A stretch of 58,308 nucleotides of DNA, counting the filler, from Dugesia japonica (lineage: Eukaryota): assembly GCA_001938525.1 (NCBI GenBank). It is 6 parts of 6 records of this genome, joined end to end, with 100 filler letters (N's around TTAATTAATTAA, not from the genome) between each part and the next. Parts side by side here need not be neighbours in the genome. Positions count along the whole stretch, not along the records: positions 47,263 to 58,308 come from MQRL01497087.1; 5 more parts are not named here. One strand, given 5' to 3'. Below, in pieces: positions 50,216 to 58,308 of this stretch (its first letter is position 1; each line of letters starts with the position of its first letter). Below the pieces are notes generated by a model, which searched no databases, was not told the DNA's origin, and saw only the letters and a program-made list of their open reading frames with translations. Both the position numbers and the translations under genes were made by a program.

Positions 50216-53200
50216 CTATATTTAAAATAATGATTATATATATATCATGATAATACATATATATCATGACTAAATTTTAATATTCTAGAACAGTGGGTCC
50301 CAAATTTTCTCCCATACACTTTTACTAGACTTTAATTACGTGTATCTTTTAACCCCAACCCATTTTTAAATGTTTTATTAGGTTAGCCATAAAACACTAA
50401 CAGATCTGAAAAGTAGGATATTTGAAATAGCAATAATAGAAAGAACATTATAAACTAGAGATTCTTTAAATCTTCAAAACTTTAGGAATAGTATGAGACT
50501 GAGGATGGGCAACTATTTTGCAGTTTTAATTTTAGGTTAGTTAACAGGTTTGTAAATAAAACTAACTTTATTTATTTAAAATTTTTTTTGATGTATTTCG
50601 TTATTATCAATATTACTATCATGTACTACCAATTGGTTCAGAGTCATACGCATACTTCAAGTTATGAGTCAATGTTTTAGAACAGGATTCTGCAAGTAAA
50701 AACAATAAACAAGGAAAAATAATAGGTAATTTTTTCTGAAACAAAAAAATTCAAATTTTCATAATCGTTTCAAGAAGAAAATCAATTTTAAACAATTCCT
50801 TGGAAAGAAATTAATATATTTCTGTTCAAATAAGCTTTATCTTCTTTAAAAAGCATTGAGTATATAGAGAAATCGTCTACCTATTAACCAATCTAATATT
50901 AATACTGGTGGATATTTCTTTTCATAATTATACTTATAAGAATAACTTTTTGTTTCTATTATCATCATCATTCAATTGTATAATGACCGTTAATATGAAA
51001 TAATATCACATGAACATTAAGATTTCCTAGAACTTGGATATNGTCACAAGGATTCTGTAATGATGAAANGGTTTTCAAATACTACTCTAATAAACTATTT
51101 TCCAAATTGTCGCTTCCAGTAAATTAAGCCATATTCGTGGTGAGCACAAAATTTTATAAAAGACCCACAAAACATTTTGAATCAACATGATTTTATACGA
51201 TTTCGGAATATATAATTATATTGACCTAGATTCTTAAAATCTCTAATAAATAGCTTAATGAAGGTATAATTAGTTACGAAAATTTTAATCAAAATATATT
51301 TTTTCAAGATTCTAAATTCAACTAATTGCATGAATAGTTAAAATTATTAGAATAAAATACGTTAAAATAAGTAATGAGAGTATACTTAATTTTACAAGAT
51401 TAAATAGAGAGCCACACTTTACCATCCCCTGGATTATACAGAATTATTATATAGTATTTTATTACAATATAATACTATATTAATGAAAAGACATGATAAT
51501 TTGAAGAATTTTCTTTATTATTCATTTTATGACTTTTTACAGAAATCTTTGTTTATTTACAAAATTGTAAATGCCACTAATCTAAACGATTATGCATTGA
51601 CCACTACATTAGATAAAAATAGTTCCACTGAGGCGAAATATTTTAATTGTTGATTTAAAAATACACTAGATAAAAATTCGCTGTAAGAATATCTAAGTTG
51701 AGAAAATTGTTGGTTTGATTTATGGCTACAGGTAATTCAAGGAATATTAACACCAATATAATGCATTATAGTATCTTGACTTATGTAGCTTTTAAAAATT
51801 TAGTTTGTACCTTGGTTATTCAATAAGTTTATGTTGTTGAAGTAACTACATGGATGTTTGGTTTTTGTATATGCTACATTCATACAATTATAAGATTTAT
51901 AATTTTTGCACTTAGACATTAATCACATTTTTTTTTAAATTTTCAATTAAAATATCAAGTATCACATACAAAATTTTATTTTTCTTTATTTTTAGGTTTA
52001 CTCTGAATTTTCGAAGATAACCTTCGTAAGTGAAAAACTTTTTGACTTTTATATACTTTTTTAAAAGGAAATATTTTAAATTAATTTTACTATTAATTCT
52101 CTAATGATATTTTGCGACAGTATTGAATGTAAAATTAAAAAGTAAATAAATTATAAATAAAAAATTAAATTATTTTATGACAGTATGGGAATATGCAGTA
52201 AAATAAAAAAAATCTAATACGAAAAAGCTAGAAGCTGCAATAAAATAATTAAAATAGTCAGGCAACTCCATAACTTCATTTAAGAACTATTTAAAGATCC
52301 CCTGTATCAATTTTTATAGGCCCGATAGTGATCACACATTCAAGGAAAATTAACGAAAATAGAGTTAAAACAATTATAAATTTATTTACGTATTTATTAT
52401 TTTTCCCTATCACTATTATATGAAAACAGAGTTTATAGGTTTTTAAAAAATTTTAATACCATTTTTAAATACCTTTATACGAAAAAAGAATCCAAAAAAG
52501 AAAAGAAGGAGTAAATACAATTCTAATAAACAGCTCAAAAACATTTTTTTACAGGAAGATATCCAACACTATGTTGTAAAGTACGACATATTAAATAATT
52601 ATTTTGTTTCAATTTTTATATAAGCTCTTTATGGAAAATGATAAAAGTGATGTTTATTAAAGATTGAATAATTATAAGAAAACAATTATAATTATAATTA
52701 TTATAATTTTGAGATTTCAACTTCAATTTTTAAAAATAAATTAACTTGAAATCATTTTATAATAAATTATTAAAAACATAAAAATAATTTTAAGTTTTAT
52801 TTATTTATTAAGTTTTGTTTTAAAAATTTTATATCACTTATAATAAAAATTAATAGAAAAATTAAAATTTTACTGCAATATTTTTTTTGAAATAAAATCC
52901 GAAATTTTTAAAATTGGTAATTATAAAATTTATTTTAAAAATTGAAGTTGAATTTAAGATTATTCGTCTTTGCTTATTTTGTTTGATTAAGCAAATTTAA
53001 TTCTATTATTTTATTAATAAATTTATGGATATCAAAAATCTTTTATATTCTACCGTAAGCGTCTAGGACTCGCCTAATAATAGTTAAAATTTTAAAATTA
53101 TGATAGAAATATATCAGTCAAATTGCAGTGAACAAGACGAATTCCAAAAATGATTTTAGTGAAACTCGCAAAGTAAAATCACAGTATAAAATCTATTTCA

Positions 53201-55990
53201 TTGTTGGAGTTATATTTAACTTACATAATGTCTGTATAAAACAACGAGTTTATATAAAACTTTTATCCCGTTCAGTGTGTTAACGAATGATAAAATATGA
53301 ATGTAAAAATTTTAAAATATTCACTAAAACAAACTGATTAAAGAACATTTATCTTTCGATAAAAACTATAAATGATATGAAATGGGGAAATTTAAAGCCT
53401 CATTACAGTTTCGAATATTTCGTTAATGCATTCAATCTTTAAAAGACCAATTATCATAATCCTCGTGATGTTATTAAACAATAATTATTAATCTGTATAG
53501 TCAATATACACGTATGACTTCCAGATTATATGCCTTTTTACAGGAAGATATTCCGACAATATGTTGTAAAGTACAATTATTAAAATTTTAAATGCAAATA
53601 AGAAACTGTAAACAATAAATTTCAGATGTCAATTACGATTATAAATCAAGGCGAATTTGTGTAAAATATACATATCGTTGACTGATAATAGAAATAATTA
53701 AAATACAAATATTTGCACGTAAGCATTCGAATGATTATCACTGTTTCATATAGTATCGCAAATGCATAAACAAAATTAAGTTCTTTATTTAGATTTTTCA
53801 TTTTTTCTGAAACCTTAACAAAAGTTTAAAAAGCACCGATTATATATTCAATATATAATAAACAAAAATATTTATAAGGTTAACATATTTTTTTTGCGTG
53901 GATAAATACTAGTTAATTTACCTTTGTTGAAAGAATAATATGTAAACTATCGTAGATTTCTTGCGATTCGCAATTTCAATGTCTTCTATTGATATTCATG
54001 TTTCGTGGTATGTATATGTTATGATACTGACGTGACGTTAATATCTTAAAATTTTCTCTAGGAACCAGAAAGTATTTGATGGGTTGACATTAACTTGGTT
54101 TTAATGATTGAGTTTCACATGGGCCGCGTGTTGGGACCAGAAAAATTTATTTTTAAAACATTTTTTTACGAAAACGACGAAAAACATTTTCACATCACCG
54201 ATTCATTAAATTGTCAATAATTAAAATTTGAATCCGTTTATCAAATCCCACACACAATATAGCACAAACTTTTGAAGAGTTTCATATATATCCTTCAACT
54301 AAAAAATTGGTGTTGTTTTTATCCATTATCATTTACCTTATCAAAATGTTATCATTATTAATTTGAGTTCAATCTACTATGTAAATATTTGTTTTACGTT
54401 TAACAAATAAAAGTAAATTTGTAATAGAATTATGAGAATAGAATGTGAGGCATAATTGATTAAGAATTAACGCGCAGGAGTCTTTCTAAGTTCATTAATA
54501 TTTTTAATTAATTGAATTTGTTGAAGAGATTATTTAACTGATTATATAATCAGAATTTTAATCTTCTTTTAGGAATTTTGTTATTTAGAAATTTTACTAA
54601 TATATAACGTGAAGCAATAATATACTGAAAGTGTGCCTTCTCTTCATGTAGAATGACAACTAAAACAAGAAATTAAGTGGTTATCAAATTGTAAAATGAG
54701 CATGACCAGAGAATTTCAATATTTGACAAAGTGAATCACTTTAAATGATGTGTTTCCTCAGAAGAAAAACTCAAGCTATCAATAAAGTAGAGCTCAAAAG
54801 TCTGATATTAGGAAATTCTTCAAGCAGACAAACGAATACATATCCAATGCCATGAACGCATAATTGATACAAGACTAAAATATATTAAACGGTTTTATCA
54901 CACTGGCAAAGCAATAAAACTATGTCTGAATGATAAAATAAATTGATTAAGTTAATATTGTTCAGTATATTATAGTTAAATAGTATTTTTAAATAATGTT
55001 CATTTGGATATTATTCCAAAAAAATTTCCAAATAAAATTTTCTAAATAAAGTTACGGTTCCTTTGGATATATAATAAAATTATACTCGAAGGTGACAATT
55101 AACCTGTCAAAAACATTTAAGGATTTTTTTTAGAAAATTGTTTTTAAATCGTTTTATGAGAAAAGGTTCACAATTTTTACATTAATAATAAAAATAATTA
55201 GAATAAAAGTAATAATAATAAAGTTATTCATGTTACATATAAGTAAAAATTAGGTTACTAAATCGTGATTTCTAAGACACTCTCTTTCACTAAAATAATG
55301 TTACAAAAGTCAATAATATTAAATAATAGGAAACAAAACACTAGATTTGCATAACACAAATATTTGCAAAAGTGGAAATATTTAAACAGCTGAAAATTAG
55401 AAAGATATTATCACTCATAAAATTTCCATAACTAGTTCTTAAAAAGATTAGCAAAACCTCAATTATCGTTGACTGTCTCCACAATTTGCCAAAAAATCCG
55501 GCAAAATGCCGATCGAAATAGTATAAAGTACAAACACATGAAAACAAAACTAACAAAAATTATTAGAATTGCGATTAAGTCGCCAATACTGTTAAAGCAT
55601 AATAGCTGCAAATTTTAACGAAAATTAATGTGTGCCAAAATCGTAGCTGTTACCAGTTTGTGTGTGTTTAATAAAGAAAATATTACTGTTTAAAATACTG
55701 GTATGAGTGGATGCAAATAGGTTGATGTGTATAAATACATGTGCTAGATCAGTTTGTAATTTGTATAGCCACTTCCTGAGATTAATCAATGTTCGATCAA
55801 CGATTTCGTGTGTAAAAGAATGGGTATGTTTTATAAAATTTCTTGATTAAGAAGTTAGACATACATATAATAAATATATTATTCAAAAATAATCAGTGTA
55901 TTGATTATATCTTTTGCAATGTATTAAGTTGACGAAACAAATAACTCTATCAAAATAATTAAAACGTCAACTGTAATTAGAATCTCTCAC

Positions 55991-56074
55991 CTCATAATCC
56001 ATCGAATTTTGCACTGAGTCATTGTATTTACTTGTGCTGTTCTGTGGTGTACGTGTTCGAGAATCAATAGGTCT
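55991..56074 (-). CDS. Putative internal exon of the same unidentified gene
   Basis: ctttaag acceptor and gtgaga donor; 84 nt, phase 0-0: RPIDSRTRTPQNSTSKYNDSVQNSMDYE; phase-compatible with the 50215 exon. Confidence 0.55.
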
Positions 56075-57899
56075 CTTAAAGAAACAATCAATATATTTAC
56101 TTTTATTATATACAATTTTATCATGAAATTATTCATCATTATTTATTATATTATTATGAAAATGTATAGACGATTGTGTTTACACGACAAATACCTACAT
56201 TGATGTTTTCCACTTGTAATATTTCTATCGATCAATGCGACTTTGTTCCTATATTTTAATCACAAAATTTAATGAAATAAATTTCACGAAATATTTCAAA
56301 CTTAGCACTTATCAATGATTTATTCTATTTTTATCGAAATGAAAATAGTTTTTTTAAAAAAATCCGAAAGAATTCAATTGAATTAGTTATAATTAATAAT
56401 GATTTTGATCCAGGCAAAATATAAAATCTTAATTTTAGAGAAAGCATTTAAATTCGAAAAGATTAATTTACTGAAAACAACTGGATCTCAAAAGTTTGCG
56501 TAATTAAGCTTTTAAATCAAAAATTTAAACTCGAAGTTTTGTATTGAGGAATAAAAAATAAATTACGAAATATCAATTAAAATAACAGTGTTTAGAATCC
56601 AAAAATACATATTGGATTGGTAACTAAATGATTGCAGATTATTTATAAGGAAAAAAGAGGCAGTTTCAAAAGTTATTTAGAATTCCATTGTAGTTAGTTT
56701 TCACTGATTGAAAAACGTTTTGGTGTCCAATTGACTTGGTTTTTAGATTTAGAAAATTATAAAGTAAGGCAGAATGTATCCACCCATTTTTTATAAAAAT
56801 GCTTCCTTCCTTATCAAAATGGCGTCTAAAGGTAAATATCAATTAAATAGGCCAAAGTCAATTTAAAATCATGTTTTGTTACCGAACTTGATATGGTTGG
56901 ATGTGCAATGAGATGACAAATACAATGGTGTTGTTTAAATTTTAGTCAGATACTTATGTGAGTGTTTATACATTATATATAATCTTTTCTGATTTGACTA
57001 ATAAACGTTTTGCTCTGTTTTTGAGGTTAGGTTAAAAAAAGGTTTTCTGTGTAGTTTTTTTTTTGTTGATATATTTTGACAGTGTAGTCGATTGGATTTT
57101 TTGCTTAAAAAGATTGCACAACACTGATTTATACCACTATTTAGTAGACAACGTTTACAAAAAAATTAGATCTTCNNNNNNNNNNNNNNNNNNNNNNNNN
57201 NNNNNNNNNNNNNNNNNNNNNNNNNNNNNNNNNNNNNNNNNNNNNNNNNNNNNNNNNNNNNNNNNNNNNNNNNNNNNNNNNNNNNNNNNNNNNNNNNNNN
57301 NNNNNNATTTCATATTGAACAACCTAATAAAATTTTAAATGATTGTTATAAAAAAGTGTAAGTGTAATTTTATTAACATTATTTATATTGCATTATTTGC
57401 ATCTTTTGAGATGCTAATTAATAACAACTAGGTCTGATCATGTAAAAAGAATGGAAAAGATCTTCCAAAACTTATTGCAAAAAATTAGAAAATTTTTCCA
57501 TTGAAACTGACTCAAAACTAACTTTATAGATGAATTTTAACTGTGCAAAAAAATAGTGATTTTTAAAATACCGAATACCTCAGATATGTACAAATTTTCT
57601 TCAATCGCTAATCCATAAAAATAGAGGACATTTATGTTAGTTTAGACCAGTGTTTTTCCAACTGGTCACTGCGTTGAAATACTAGGCAACATCAAAAAAC
57701 AAAAAATATATCATAGGGAAAACTTTTTGTTGGTATTTTATAATTAGTAATAATAGTGATAATTACAGAGTTTTCAACTTAATTTAATCCTTTTGCAATA
57801 AAATTTAATCCTCTTGTGTGTAAGAGAAGACTGATAAATTTTGTTTTCCGACAGCATAATCAGCAATTTTTTAATGTTTATTGCTAGATTATATTGAGG

Positions 57900-58292
57900 A
57901 ACAAGGAATAATCAATTTAAAAATAATGCTTCAATCCTTGAAATGAATTGAAAATTATGATTGGAAATGGAGGACATAAACTAGTATTTTGCCAGTATAT
58001 ACCCTCAGTTGAATCCAATAGAAGAGGTGAATTAGATCATGCTATTTACTCAACAATGTCGAATATTAGTGAAACTGATTGTAAAAATAATTGTGGTTAT
58101 CTCAGAGAGTTTGCGAAAAAAAGGTGTTAGAAAAAAAGATTTTTAAATAAAATAATTGAAATTTTAATTTTCTTGTTCCCAATAATTTCTTTAAAATTTT
58201 TATTTAATAATTTTAACCATGGATTAAATTATGTTGCAAAAGGATTAAATTCAGTCTATATAATACAATATTTAATGCAACTTTGACTGTTA
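57900..58292 (+). mobile_element. IS630/Tc1-family transposase C-terminal remnant
   Basis: GHKLVF then, across a frameshift, PQLNPIEEV (YSPxLNPIE motif); 3' region shared with 15385-15515. Confidence 0.6.
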
Positions 58293-58308
58293 ACAGAAGT
58301 ATTTCAGA

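Overview
Very AT-rich eukaryotic DNA, most likely from a ciliated invertebrate, in a fragmented assembly. Five identical 100-bp artificial spacers (44 N + TTAATTAATTAA + 44 N, at about 9.1, 19.7, 29.9, 38.2 and 47.2 kb) divide the window into pieces of about 8-11 kb, so adjacency across them is uncertain. The only clearly identifiable host gene is a partial minus-strand TTLL3/TTLL8-family tubulin glycylase (8 phase-consistent exons, 27620 to 20802, tiny 43-57 nt introns plus two long introns), truncated near a spacer. Two more minus-strand exons of an unidentified gene lie at 56074-55991 and 50215-50033. The rest is mostly decayed mobile DNA: a Polinton/Maverick-type protein-primed PolB, Ty3/gypsy pol and gag pieces, Penelope RT and GIY-YIG pieces, four mariners, a rosa/DD41D-like element, IS630/Tc1, hAT, piggyBac, Merlin, a FLYWCH/MULE-like piece, several MITEs and (AAT)n microsatellites. 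The most interesting signals are (1) a dispersed repeat family whose reconstructed consensus contains a minimal hammerhead-ribozyme core, probably a Penelope terminal repeat; (2) an intact stand-alone GIY-YIG-like ORF with apparently substituted catalytic residues; (3) a stop-free 45-nt in-frame intron in the glycylase. All calls come from manual translation and motif recognition; no searches were run.
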